DNA of 63,708 bases, counting the filler, from Vezdaea acicularis (lineage: Eukaryota), in the NCBI GenBank assembly GCA_026025075.1. It is 4 parts of 4 records of this genome, joined end to end, with 100 filler letters (N's around TTAATTAATTAA, not from the genome) between each part and the next. Parts side by side here need not be neighbours in the genome. Positions count along the whole stretch, not along the records: positions 20,015 to 39,864 come from JAPEUI010000200.1; 3 more parts are not named here. The stretch is one strand, 5' to 3'. The notes under the pieces are model-generated. The model did no database searches, was not told where the DNA came from, and worked only from the letters and a program-made list of their open reading frames with translations. This document shows positions 26,341-39,964 of this stretch, piece after piece (positions within the stretch are counted from its first letter, which is position 1; every line of letters begins with the position of its first letter). Both the position numbers and the translations under genes were made by a program.

Positions 26341-28053
26341 CACTGTGGCTAATCGAATGGAAATAGGAACCACAAGCTTATAAGGTGAAACCTGGTGTTT
26401 CCGTGGTAGAATTTGGAACCCGTCCGTGGGGTTTGATCCACCGTAGGTGAACGAAGAAGGTGGTTCTCACTTTCCAGCCTCAACACCCTCGCACAACATT
26501 AGAGGAGCAGGATCCGCAATGGACTGCATCGCTGAAAGGAATGAATTTGCATGCAAAATCTGGAAATGCAGACGGCACTATGATTGTGGAGAGTGTTGAA
26601 CTTCCCTTTGAGATTCTTGGTATATCGAAGACCCGACGTGGTTGTACGCTCGCCAAGACACTATGTCGAAATTTGAGAGTCGGTTTCTCCCCGCCGACCA
26701 AATTCATCCCCCAATTGATCCGTGCATAGCCATTGAAATAACATCATGCACAGCAAAATCACTGATTCTTCATGTATTTATTTCGAGAAATGAATTGGAT
26801 TGCAAAGGCTAGCTATGGTATTTACCTAGTGATATGGAGTACTACTCGCCCCTTGTCAGAACATATCATACATGGATGATCTTCTAGCAGACTATGCTTT
26901 GGTCAGGACTATTCCGTTGTTTTGGCAAAATTATCATCATAATTTCTTCTGAAAGAGGTGCCTATGTAGGGCTGGAGGAAGACAATCATCAAATTCTACA
27001 CCGACGAGGATGGGCTGCGGAACCCCTCTTTTTTGCTACAGGACCATCCACGTCTAAAGCGCGACGCTGGTTTCCTCACCAGTAAATCATCAAGAGAGTA
27101 GTATCCAAGTCCAAGAATTGTTGCAGGTATCTGGTATCATATGTGAACAGCCTCTGGATCATGGCATGCTCCATCAGCGGACAGTAGTATTCCGGGCAAC
27201 GTCGCAGCCGCTTTCGATATAAGCTAGAAGCTTCCGCAAGAACGATGGGTCACTCCGGCTCCACCGGCGGAAGCAGATCCTCCCGGGATTCCTAGAAAGC
27301 CCAATATCTCAAAGGTATGGAATTTGTGCCGTTTCGGCCTACCTAAATAACTTAATGACTCTAAATGGACAATCAAAGTCCATTGGCGATGTAGACAATT
27401 ATTTATTCAGGTCTGGGGCAGCCCCCTAACTCGCCTTTCAACACTTTATGAGGAAAATGCTTCTTGGAGTTAGCACGTTGGTACTCTTCCTTGTTTGTGC
27501 CTGAAGGTGTCAGGCAAAACCTGCATTTGAGACATCTGCTTCTGGGGGCACCTATGCTTGGCATGGTTTACATTGGGCCCTTTGACTGTCATACAATCAA
27601 ATGTTAGTGGTGGATGGAGGGAGGACCCTGTTTCTGATGACCGTTGGTCGTCAGAACACAGATGGCGCTTCCGAGCCAACTTCGTGGTAGAGAAGAAACT
27701 CATAGAGCTCTTCACTCTTGAGTAAGAAGTAAGGAGATAACTAAATTACTTCCTTTTAAAAGTGACTTGTCAGTATGAACAGTGTTGCCAACGTGGTGAC
27801 CGAGTAGAGGAGCCGAGTCCATTCGTAAACGAACTATGTGTTTCGCTTACTATCTCGGCAGCGCCACACCACGCAGTCTGGTGTTCCGACACAAACCCTC
27901 TTCGCTGTTCAAACTTCCCTATTTGTGGACGAATCGACACAACATGAAGTGGTCGTGATCAACCACCGATAGTGTTGCCTGCTTCACCTCAAATAAAGGG
28001 CCGGTCTCGCTCAACTTCTATGATCCTCACTTCATTCACTTTCGCTCCTTACC

Positions 28054-29041
28054 ATGAATAGCTTAATCTCCACTCCGCCTCCGAACCCTCCTCATCACCT
28101 ACATGACTCTTCTCGTCGATCGCCCTCTCGCTCTTGTCCGTGCATCACTCTCCTACCATTAAGCCTACTTACCTAACGTGAAAGCAGTCCTCTTGGCGAA
28201 TCCTATGATGATGAATAACAGGAAACGGAAAGCAGACGACGATGAAAATGACGACCGAATGTCTGCATCACCATCTGCTTCCCCTTCGATGAGCTCCAGG
28301 ACGCTTGTGATCCCGTCGAACCGTACAAACAAGCGGAGCAGGCCCAATATTTCTGGCAGACCGCTCGCTCTGTCCCGTTTGCTTGAGACCTTGGATGCTA
28401 GATCCCTCCGAACCGTTCTTCAATCAATCTGTGAACGACATCCAGAGATAGGAACCGAGGTTGTGTCCACCGCCCCAAGGCCAAGCGTGTCAGCAGCTCT
28501 GGACGTCTTACACAATTACGAAGCAAATCTGCAGGGCTCGTTCCCAGTTGGCGGTACCACATCAGACTACGCGTACAACAGAGTCAGGCAAGCACTTGTG
28601 GAACTCTTAAAAGCTCTCGACGACTTCACACCTCACTTCCTCCCTCCAAACGAAACACAAGCTTCAACTTCTCTTGCCTTCCTTGATGGAGCAACGGAGG
28701 TAATCCACCGACTTCCGAACTGGGACAATCCAGCCAATAATCACCACAAACACCTCGCCTACGAAGAGATTTCCAAAGCTTGGTCCTTGGTTGTCCGCGA
28801 GGCAGCCAAGAAGGGTGGTGGTATTCAGCTGCAATACGGATCTTGGGATGAGAAGGTGGCCAAGCATAACTTACAGGCTGGAGGGCGGATGCAGGGAGCT
28901 GCCGATGAGCTCAGGACACAGCTGGGCTGGATGAACAGCCACGCAGGCGATGAGGGCTCCGGAGGATTCGGGTCAATCCGCGAGCAGCTTCTCTCTGGGA
29001 CCTATGGATCGAATCTACCGGTACAAGTTGGGCCTTGGTAG
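28054..29041 (+). CDS. STS1: Nuclear proteasome tethering factor Sts1/Cut8
   Basis: [53 protein letters not shown]; one intron about 28136-28187. Confidence 0.9.
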
Positions 29042-29504
29042 TCTAAGATCGTTGAGATGGGGCATTTGGGAATTCGGAGGAATTCAAGGACATACCGGAC
29101 CTGTGGTGTTTGCACATACGAGAAGAGCCCGGCGGGTTCATGAGCCCAGGTTTACCCTTCCCCACTACTCATGGTCTTTCTGCATTGCTTAGGGGCGTTT
29201 CTGATCGGGATTTTGCACGGCTGATGATGATTTTAATTGGTGCATGGAGAGATAGAAGCTTGATATCGATGGCCTTGCGTGGTTCTGCTTTGGCCTGAAG
29301 AGCATGAGGAGCCCCTTTCATGAGCACTCATGGGCTCGACAGTAGAGGTGATACAGCCAATTAGCGCTTTGATAGAAGCTAACGAGCAATTAATTCATGA
29401 TGCAAGTTGATTGTGTTGGAACCTATGCATGCTCATCGTTGCCGATGTGAGAGTTTCTATGAAACGACAAGAATTTCGAATGCTGCCACCCAGCCCTTTC
29501 ATCA

Positions 29505-31015
29505 TCAAGCTCCATTCACATTCTCAGCGGCCTCCCTCTTCTCCAGCGCCGCCTCTCCCCCCACCACCGTCTTTGCCGCCGACACCGTCTTCTTCAGCGG
29601 CGGCAGCAAGCTCCTCGCTGTCTGCCGTGCCTGCTGCGCCAGCAGTGCATCGATAACCACCAGTGCTGCCATAGCCTCTACGATCGGCACCGCACGCGGG
29701 ACGACGCACGGGTCATGTCGGCCTTTGGCCTCCAACACCCCGCCTTCGCTCCCATCGTACCCTGCTGTCTCCTGCGCCTGCCCGATCGTCGCGGGCGGCT
29801 TGAAGGCCACGCGGAAGTAGATGGGCGCGCCGTTCGTGATGCCACCCTGGATCCCGCCTGAGTTGTTCGTCTTGGTCGTTAGGCGCGAGTGCGGAGTGGC
29901 TGTGACGCCGTTTGTGGGGGTTGGGGCGGCAGGGGCGCGGATGAAGGCGTCGTTGTGGCGGGAGCCGGGGATTTCGCATCCGCCAAAGCCGGACCCGATC
30001 TCAAAACCTTTCGTGGCGGGAATGCTTAGCATGGCGTGAGCGAGCATGGCTTCGAGTTTGTCGAAGGCGGGCTCGCCGAGCCCTGAGGGGACGTTCTTGA
30101 TTACGCAAGTAACGGTCCCCCCTATGCTATCTTTGTCGTCACGGTAGTGGGCTATTAGGTCCGCCATATCTTGCGAAGCCTGTTTATCTGGACACCGGAC
30201 AGGGAGGAAGCTGTCTACGGTCTCGCGGGTGATAGTCTTAAGTAGGGATAGGAAGTTTGGGTTGGTAGATGCGGTAGGGTGCGCTGAGGTTGGGGGAAAG
30301 AGATGAATAGGGCCAACAGATGAGACGAAGGCAACAATCTCAACATCATGGGCGAGCTTCAGATACTTTTCCGCTATTGCACCAGCAGCGACTCGTCCTA
30401 TGAATAGGGTGATTAGAGAGCTGAAATTGTCAGGAGTAATATAGGGGACAGACCTATCGTCTCCCGGGCACTACTCCTCCCACCACCACTGCTTGCCTTA
30501 ACCCCATATTTCTCCAGATATGTCCAGTCTGCATGACTTGGCCGAGGGAATAGATCCATGCTACCACCACCATAGTCCTTAGGTCTTTGATCCTGGTTCT
30601 GTACCAGTAGACCAATTGGAGTGCCCAGCGTTATACCAAACTCGGTCCCTGACTGTATATGGACCTTGTCCTTCTCGTCTCTCTGGAATTCCGTTAGCTG
30701 GATTGGAGAGTAATCTGCGTCGATCACCAGAGGTGTAGCTTACGGGGGTCGTCAAAGCGCTTTGTCCGGGTCGCCGTCGAGTCATTTGAGGTTGTATATC
30801 GGCCTCAGTCAACTCCATGCCTGGCGGGCAGCCGTCAACTATACATCCCACTGAGAGACAATGAGATTCGCCATAACTGATATAGTCCCATGTCAGCTTT
30901 GTTCTTCTACAATTTGGGTGCAAGGCGCAATCGCTACTGCAGGGCCGTAGAATTAGTACACTCATAGGGACTAGACTCACGTCGTCACTCGGAAGTAGTC
31001 CCCAAAGGTAGACAT
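29505..31015 (-). CDS. ARO2: Chorismate synthase
   Basis: [48 protein letters not shown]; three introns. Confidence 0.96.
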
Positions 31016-31374
31016 TTCTGTAGATATGGGTAGTATCGGCGATTATCGCGCCAAGATACAAGAATTGGCTCCCAAGCAACTGGTGGGGCAGAGAAGCGGC
31101 CGAAAGCGCAATCAGATGGAGGATGAATTCCACAGTGCAGAAGAACGATACTCTGAAGACTTCTCAACAATCAAAAATATATAAAAGGAACGGCGGGCGC
31201 TTTCCGAGATCCAATTGAGTGCTGAAGTCCACTACCAATGCTGCGTATGAATCATAAGTCCTCTCAAGAACATATTTTGTTCGCCAATATAAATGCCGGC
31301 GTCGGAGCGAACCATTCTCCGACGCCGAATGTCAAAAATCCCCCAAGACGCGAACCCAACACCGATCCACCACC

Positions 31375-32885
31375 ATGGCTCCCTCGCGGGGCGCCCTTCT
31401 CCTTCTTCCCCTACGAGCCTGGTCAGCCCCAGTTCGTACCCCCCCAAAGCACACGCTTTACATCAAAAAGCTATCCTCACTTGCCACGGCCTTCGCGGCC
31501 GCCGCAACGCACCCGTCATCCTACCGCCAAATCTACGTCTCCCGCTCGCTTGACCCCTACCTCAACCTCTCAATCGAGCACTTCCTACTCCAGAAGTCCC
31601 CTGCAAACTCCACCGTGCTGTTTCTATTCAGGAACCGTCCGTGCGTGGTTATCGGACGCAACCAGAACCCCTGGGTCGAGGTCAACCTTGCCGCACTTGG
31701 ACGGCATGGCGCCGCAGTGGACGAGAATGGGCGAGCAGAAGGGATTGATCTCGTGCGGAGGAGGTCCGGGGGAGGGACGGTCTTCCATGATACCGGAAAC
31801 GTTAATTACAGCGTCATCTGCCCCTCCCGAGACTTCCAGCGCGATAAGCATGCGGAGATGGTCGTCTCTGCGCTGCGCGGACTTGGGGTCGATAGAGCGA
31901 GGGTGAATGAGCGGCATGATATCGTTATGGACGAAGGGCCAGCCGTTGAGAATGAGACAGATCCGGCAAACCTCCATCAAACGTCTTATACAAGCAAATC
32001 ACCCGCTGCAGAGACCCCGAGGAAGGTATCAGGCTCCGCGTACAAGCTTACCAGAGAGCGCTCGCTGCATCATGGGACGTGCCTGCTGTCGTCACCGAAT
32101 CTGCAGCGCATATATGAGATCTTGGACTCTCAGGTGCGGGCTTACATCCGGGCGAGAGGGGTCGAGAGTGTACGTTCGCCAGTCCGGAACGTTGGTCTGG
32201 AACCGCATGTCTTCGTAGCAAGCGTTGTCAATGAGTTTTGCAGGATGTACGGGATACACGCAGATGCGGCTTCAGAGATCAATGAGTCTAGCCAGGGTCT
32301 ACATCATGGTGAAGGGTTCGTTGGTGGCTACATCGACCATGATGTTGAGGAGATAGAGGAGATCAACAAAGGGATGGCGGAGTTGAAGGTAGGCCACTCA
32401 GAATTAGGTATAGATGTGAGAAAGAGTGCTAATTAAACTCAATGCTGCATAGTCGGCGGATTGGATATATGGCCAGACTCCTCAATTCACGTTATACAGC
32501 CATCCGCCAGCTACAGAAGCTACTACGGCGCAGTCTCCGCCAAGCCAACTAGAACAGGTACGTCACCAGGCCCCAGGCGCAATACGGGACTCTGTACCCG
32601 CGCTGTATATACTAAGCATACCACCACCAGACCCAGCTAGAACTGACGGTCCGCTCCGGCGCCATATCCGAGTTCACCCTACTCCACCGCTCCTCCTCCT
32701 CCCGACAAACTCTCTCCCAGCTCAACAATCTCAAAATCTACGACACCTCCCTGAACTGGACAGGCCTTCTCCTCAACCGCGCTGGTCTCCACACCACTCG
32801 GAGCCACGACCTCGGTGGCTGGCTTAGCAGGGTATTACCTCCGCGTTTGGCGGGGACGGGGACGATGCACTTGCGGATAGAGTAG
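31375..32885 (+). CDS. AIM22: Lipoate-protein ligase A / lipoyltransferase
   Basis: PYLNLSIEHFL, VVIGRNQNPW, RRRSGGGTVFHD, KVSGSAYK, HHGTCL, WIYGQTPQF; two 3' introns. Confidence 0.9.
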
Positions 32886-33365
32886 ATATTACATAACTCG
32901 CCTGTGCCGTGTAGCGCGTAGACAGTATTAGAACAAGAAAGATCGCACGCGAGTCTTTCCCCTTAGCGTGACGCGAAGAACATGAGTAGACGTGTAGAGC
33001 CGAGTAGGTAGGAAGTGAAGATATATGAGCTCTCTCACTCGCAAATAGCAAGTGCCCGCCCTTTTTGAACTAGCGATGCAGATAGGCTATAATGGACAGA
33101 TCTTAGCTCAGACAGAGGTAGAGCGCATAGAGGGAGTTCCGCATTGCCTCGCGCGTACTGAAATGGAGACAGTGTGCGCTGAAGTCTCATGCTTAGCTAT
33201 CCTAGCTATCCCGGACGTATAAAAAATCCCAGAGCAGGATGGACATTCAACAATCCCATGCCGCTTGTCCATCCTATAACCCGCACCAGACAGGTATACT
33301 GCTGTCACAAATGCACGTGCAATGCCCTCACCCGCCTAACAACCACGTATGCTCAAGACCCAGCA

Positions 33366-35160
33366 TCAAAGCTTATCCCTATTCAGCACCTGCCGCTTAC
33401 CAAGCTGGGCCTCATACCCCGCAGCGGTCCCCTCGTTCGGGCGTTTCAGGGGCGGTCCGTCAGGTGCAGGCGCGACACCAGCATTGGCAGCGGGACCAGG
33501 CAATCTGTACTGACCGGCATTCCGCGGCGGACCGCTCGCGGGCCTGCCAATCTGCCTCATAGAATCAAGTTGTGGATTCACGTAATTGGGTCGAGCGGGC
33601 ACGGCGGCAGTTTCTGCCGATTGGGGGATAGCGCCAGTGGTGACTTGGCGCGGGATGGGTTTGCTTTTGGAGTGGTCGATGCCGCTTGTTTTGCGGATGG
33701 AGGGAGATTCGGCGTGGGGATTGAAGGAGGGGGCTTGGGGGACGGGGGCGGCGTTGTTGCCTTCGTTGTTGATGATGGCGCGGGCGGGGAAGAAGCCTGG
33801 GACGTCGAGTGGGAGGGGCGGGGCGTCACCTTCGCTGAAGGTGGTGCTCTGGCGGCTACGGGGGCTTGTCTGAGGGGCTGGCGATTGAGGATGAGAGAAT
33901 CTTGCTGGTCGAGATGGTTGAGCTGGGTGAGGGTTTTGTTGGAGAGGTGGCTGGGGTTGTGGAATATGGTTCGCGTTTGTTTGTCGCGGTTGTACAATAA
34001 CTCGCGGGCTCTGAGCATACTGCTGGCGGTTGTTGGGCGGCCCTGGTGTTTTTGGTTGCTGAGGGAGTGTGAGCTTATTCTGAGGAAGTGGGAGCTGATT
34101 TTGCAGGGCCGCGGCCAATTGTGGCTGGCCTGCTGTTGCTTCTAGCTGTTGCTGGGCCATAATCGCTGGAGGTTGTATGCTACTCCTCGTACCTACTTGT
34201 CTTGGGGGTGCTGCCGGTAACTGCTGTTCTATTTCAGGGGCTTCGTCCAAGACCACCTCATCAGGATTCCCGACCAAAGTAGACGTGCTCTCATTGAAAT
34301 CGAGTTCTTCGTCAAAGTCGTCGCCTCCAAACTCATCCTCAACCTCAGCCTCTTTGGGCACATGTGAGAAGCCGTTTGTCTTATCTGGTGGCATCGCATC
34401 CGGTGCCTTCTTGACAGGCGAGTAATCTTGGTGGCGGTGAAGTTTCTCCACATCCCATTTCGTGGGCTGCGTTTTAACTTTGGTGACTTTGGCAACATAT
34501 TCCTTATCGTATATGCAGTTTCCAAGGACGTTTCCAAAGTTCCTCAGGGCTCGCTTTAACGCGTCCGTCGTCCCCTCTTTCTTGGCCTTCTCGAATGCGG
34601 CCGCCTTCCCTTTTGCATTTTCAATGTGACCATAACCGATGTCCTTGAAATGTGTTAGCAGCATCTGCTAGAGTCTCAAGAGCTTACAGACCTCATGGTA
34701 TGTGCCGTCCTTTAGAGTAACCCTCATAACGACCGATAGTCCCAGACTAATCTTTCCCGAGCTTGGACTTTCGTCGACCTAAGCCCACCTTATCAGCAAT
34801 ATGATCTAGAGGCGAATGCCGTAGAATCCGACTCACAAAGTCGACCTGTATGGTCTGTATCGCGCTCGACCAGCCATTGAAGCCAAACACTTCATTTGCC
34901 AAGTTGATGCTCTTGTCCCCCGATAGATAATGTACTTTTTGGCCCGCCGCTCCTGGCCGAGACGACAGGTATTCCGGACCCAGCTGCTTTTCCAATCGAC
35001 TTGACAACGTCGCAATCTCCTGAGCTGTGTACGCAGATATTCGATGACCCTCTACGAATGGGTTTACCGTCGAGGGCGTCTCTCGATGTTGGTCGCCTTG
35101 ACTAGGAGGGTTTTCAGTCTAAGATCCGCGCAGAAATTGTCAAGAAACTCACGCAGGCAT
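33366..35160 (-). CDS. RAD52: DNA repair/recombination mediator Rad52
   Basis: [58 protein letters not shown]; three 5' introns; exact stop taken from ORF track. Confidence 0.93.
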
Positions 35161-35277
35161 ATCTTAGTTCCGGGACTATCTGCACTATACATTTATAATA
35201 GGATTGAGAAGGTAATGCTGATACGCAAATGGAGATTTGCCTTCCAACCGTCACTCCACGTTACGTTCCGTAGGGCG

Positions 35278-35326
35278 ACGCGAGGCAGCTTCATAGGCGG
35301 CACGCGAGACCAACACGTAGCACGTG
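35278..35326. promoter_or_regulatory. MCB-like (ACGCGA x2) and E-box (CACGTG) motifs upstream of RAD52
   Basis: ACGCGA at 35278 and 35302, CACGTG at 35321, about 120-165 bp upstream of the RAD52 ATG; function inferred only. Confidence 0.35.
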
Positions 35327-35369
35327 ATCGTGATTTTCGAAGAAAGAAAGGGTTGCCCGACGTTTAACC

Positions 35370-37210
35370 GAAAAGCTTCAAAACGTCTAGGCTTCTCTAC
35401 GGTACTAACGCTCCAAAAGGAAACGCTTTGAATAGTATCCCGTTACATGGGACTAAATAGTTTCTCCTTTCTGCTGTTTAAAAATCAAAGATCACCATCG
35501 CTCAATTCCTAATCCCTTTGCCGTTCAATTGGATATAAACCGTTACGGCAGCCCAACAAAGAATGCACAAAATTGAGATCACGCTGTATCCAGAGACTTT
35601 TAGAAAATCCATTTTTCACCACGTAGCCAACATCTTGAAAGTACATGGAGTGAACAGGCTCCCATTACGTGGGGCTCAATTAACCCCCTTTTTCTTCCCG
35701 GAAAACCATGCCGTACAAAACCAATACGCTTCCAAACTTCCGAGCCCCTCTACATGATAACGGGAAATAGGCTAGACGTAACAAACAGTCTCCCATCTAA
35801 TAAATGTCAATAGCCATTCTTTTCCACTGGACAAATACGAAAAAGTAATTTTATTACATCGGGCTAAATTCACTCCCCCTTTCGACTGGAAACCACGCTA
35901 TACAAACAACAATAGCCTTCAAAACGTCTGAGCTGCCCCACGTAATGAACATAAGTATAGTAGACGTAGAAACAGTCTTGCATCCAATAAAAGCAAGTCG
36001 TGCTTCCTCTGCACGAGACGAATACCAAAAAATAGCTTCACTACGTGAGATCTGTCTCGCGTGATAGACAACTTGTGTGCAGACGTAATAAACGGTATTC
36101 TATAATATGAACGCAAATAGCGCGGACGTAATTAATAGGGTCTCATATAATAAACGTAAATAGCTTTTTCCCTCCGCCACACAAACATGAAAAAGTGAAT
36201 TCATGACATGGGATCTACCCCACGTAACAAGTATATTTTGAGCAGACGTAATCAATAATACCGTATTAAAAAATCGTGTATAGAGTTGGTGTAATGAACA
36301 GCCTCCCATTTAACACACAAAAAATACTCCCTTCTCCGCTAAACAAATTTGAAAAAACGGCTTTATTACATGAAATCCATCCCATGTAACAAACGTCTTT
36401 CAACCAGAAGTAATGAACGATGTTCCATTATGTAGATTCAGATAAAGCAAACGTAATGGACAGCCTCCCATTTGACAAATGTAAACGGTTTTTCTTTCCG
36501 CTGAACGAAAATGAAAAAATCCCTCCATTACGTGGAATCCACCCCACGTAGTAAATGTCTTTCAACTGGACGTAAAGAACAGTATTCCACTATATTGACC
36601 TAAGTAGACTAGACGTGACAAACTGCTCCCCATTTAATAAACATAAACGGTCTTTTTTCCCACCAACCAGATTTTAAAAAAATCGCTTCATTACGTGGGA
36701 TCTCTCCCACGTAATAAACGTAAATCGAGCAGACGTAACGAAAAGTACCCGTTCAATAAACAGATAGAGATTTTTTCTTCACCGTAAAACCTAAAAAAAC
36801 TCCCTCAATGCGTGGGATCTCTCCCGCGTAATAAACGTAAATTGAGCAGACGTGACAAAAAGTACCCCGTTTAATAAACATCAACGTCTTTTCCCTTCAC
36901 AGTGAAACCCGAGCATACAACCTCAATACGTGGGAAGTCTCCCACGTCATGAACGTATACATGGCATACGTAACGGAAATTCTCCCACGTAATGAACGTA
37001 TACCGGGCATACGTAATGGACATTCTCCCACGTAATGAACGTATACATGGCAAACGTAATGAACCTCGTCCCGTTACATAAACAGGAAAATTCCCCTTCT
37101 TTCCACCGTGCAAAAATGAACCACTTTAAAACGTCTAGTTCCCTCCACGTAATGAACGTATAGTGACTAGACGTAATGAAGAGGATCCCACGTAATGAAC
37201 GTGAAAAAAG
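35370..37210. repeat. Degenerate AT-rich tandem array built on a CCCACGTAATGAAC / palindromic motif
   Basis: Recurring ATTACGTGGGA-N4-TCCCACGTAAT hairpin (perfect at 36690-36715) with periods of about 190, 162, 118 and 43 bp. Confidence 0.85.
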
Positions 37211-37488
37211 TACACTTTTCTGCGGTTCAAATAGGCCAAATAACCACCAAAAACCACCAAAAATGGCCAACACGGTGCCCAAAACACACGCGCCACACGT
37301 GATTCCCGGGAGAAAAAGTTTACCCGATGTTTACCCGGGAGAGCTACAAAACGTGAGCCCTATCCCCACGGAACCTAAGTCCACACACACACAGTGCGCG
37401 CGGAGAAGTACCCACCATCACCATTACGACGACCACTGCCACCACCACCACCACCTCCATAACTGCCACCGCCGCCACTACTACCACC

Positions 37489-38699
37489 ATGCCTGAACAA
37501 GAGTTGCAGGCTATTGAGGTCATTGACCTGACCCCAGACGACGACGACGATGTCCACTTTGTGGAGAGGGCTGCTCGGGTTGAACTCCCCGAGAGCGCTC
37601 GAGGGACCTCGTACGGCGAAGTACGCTTCCATCCGTATGTAACCTGAGACGCTTCAGCGTATGAATCTTTTAAGAACTGGAAAAGGGACTTACCATCCTA
37701 TAGCTTCATCTCATACCCGCCCGCGTCGTACCTTGCACGACTCAATCGTGTCAATAGGCAAAAGTAAGCTCAAACCTGCATTATTGTGACATAGAACTAA
37801 TCATTTCGTATAGGATTTTTTTGATAGAAAGGAGTGCTGACTTCACCCCTCAAGCCCCACGAGAGAAGTTCGTACTTGCGGGCACGACCGGGAACGTTTA
37901 CCGGGTCATAATCGATACGGTGCCATCATGCACCTGCCCCGATTATGCGCAGGGGTTCCAATGCAAGCACATCGTGTTTGTGATGGTAAAAGTCCTCGAA
38001 GTCAGGGAAAATCTGAGATACCAACGAAGCCTCCTGGCCCACGAACTTCGTGAGATCTTTCGAGCCGCACCACCGCCACAGCCGCCTCAAGAAGATACAG
38101 TAGACGGTGAAGTCGTAAGGAAGGATGTAGAAGGAGACTGGTGAGTTTTGTTGATACCTGACCATGCCCGAAAGTATTGATCTAAAATTTCCTGTAGCGT
38201 CATCTGTCGGGACCAGTTCAAGGTTGGAACAGACAAGGTGATTTGGTGCAGGGCGCAGTGTGGGCAAAACATACACATAAATTGTTTCAGGGAATGGGTG
38301 ATGTCAGTTGAACGCATGCCGGAAGATCGACATGGTCGAAGGCCCAAATTGAAGTGCCCGTTCTGGCAAGTTTGGCCTTTGTTTTGCAGCTACGGGAGAC
38401 TAACCCATTGTTCGTAGTCGTGCCGTTTGGAAAGGAGAGGACCACAAAAAGCTTTGGATGCAGGATGTGAGAGCAAAGGCAATACTCAACGACTATGAGG
38501 GGTGTAAGTAGACGACTCCTGCATGTCACTTACCTCATCGCTAACGAGCCCTTGAGTCGTCAATGTCGGTAAAGAGCTCGGTATTCATATACGCCGCCGC
38601 AATAAGGCACCAAAAGTTCAACCTCCTTATGCCCACAGAGGCTACCAACCTTACGGACAGCAGCCGCAGAGTAACATGCCGTACAACTACTACTTTTAG
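37489..38699 (+). CDS. SWIM zinc finger + RING finger protein
   Basis: GTTGNVY...CTCPD...CKHI (SWIM); C..C...CRAQCGQNIHINCF..W...CPFCR (RING); EGFVNVG tail; five introns. Confidence 0.8.
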
Positions 38700-39864
38700 T
38701 TTTGGCCCTGTCGTTCACGACTCTTGGCAAGCGGTCCTGCTGTTGCGTAGCGAAACGTGGTGATGGTAAAGTTTACACGTTGGACTGAGTTGGGACTGTA
38801 GAATGCCGCCATCGGGTGAACTCTGTGCATTGGCGGGAAGAAAGAGAATCCGCGCTTGCTTGTTGTCTCTACGTTTGCTCATCTTCGCTACGTTTGCTTA
38901 CTTTCGCACCTTACTTTGCTTTTCTATGTTAGTCTTAAAGAGGTTCAGCCCTTCTTTAAGATCTGCTCCATCACGGTGACTTCCTGTCAAGCGCCTGATT
39001 TCCTTCGTCGAGATATCGCCATAATCTAGCCCGTAGATTGCCGCTGAGCTGATATCTTCCTCATTCCAGCTCATTTGTAGAAACAAGTCTGAACCTAAGA
39101 AGTTCAATTCGAGAGGGGATCGTTTGGCCGGCATGGAGGCATCAAGGCAGGTACTATGGCAGCTGTGCAAAATTGTAAAAAGCAGGAGATTGGGAGAAGT
39201 GAAGTGAGGCAGGATGGTTTGCAGGAGGATTTTCTGGAGTGAGCAGAGAATTTTGCGTCAAGTGTCGTTTGAAGTTCAACACTAGTAGCATATCAACACG
39301 GAAGAAAGGTTCTATTGACTAGAATGCGTTTGAGAAGGCAATAATAAATTGTTTATCTATCATGTGAACTGAGCTGGAGTGAACACCGTTCCTGACAGGA
39401 AAAGGATGATCTTCCAAAGAAAAATACAGTGAATTGACGATTCACTAAGACGGGCGCCTGGCCACAAATCCATTGGGTTGCAACATCAAAAAGCAGAGAA
39501 TGTACATTGAAACATGATAACCTCTAAACGGAGAAGCTATCAGTGTCTGCTTCGCGATCCATGGTATTGTCCTTAGACGTCAATTTCGAGGAGAAAACCA
39601 AACGTCCCGAAGCTAGCCGCGTGAGCCCACAAGATTCTACGGGTTTGGCCTAGAAGATCCAGTCACAGGGAAGGCATTCGAACGGGCATGAGACATACAT
39701 CTGTCTTCCAGATGTATGCTGCCTTTCCATACGATGTTTTAGAGAGTATGCGCGACGTAGGAAAGGGTTTTCGGTGACGGTGGCGGTGCACCTGACTCAA
39801 ATGTTTGAGACGGCGCACAGACGTGTGAAGAGCGGGCACCGCTTGATTGACTGGGAAGCGACGA

Positions 39865-39964
39865 NNNNNNNNNNNNNNNNNNNNNNNNNNNNNNNNNNNN
39901 NNNNNNNNTTAATTAATTAANNNNNNNNNNNNNNNNNNNNNNNNNNNNNNNNNNNNNNNNNNNN
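39865..39964. other. Artificial contig linker
   Basis: 100-nt N spacer with TTAATTAATTAA. Confidence 0.98.

Noticed and set aside
33189..34145. 318-aa ORF antisense to RAD52, and similar shadow ORFs over other genes
   Set aside because: Antisense shadows of GC-rich coding sequence with no independent support
36040..37060. CRISPR-like look (palindromic repeats at regular spacing)
   Set aside because: Intervening sequences are homologous to each other rather than unique spacers, repeats are degenerate, context is eukaryotic and no cas genes are present
38750..39864. Short minus-strand ORF 38898-39170 near contig end
   Set aside because: No recognisable motif and no confident gene model
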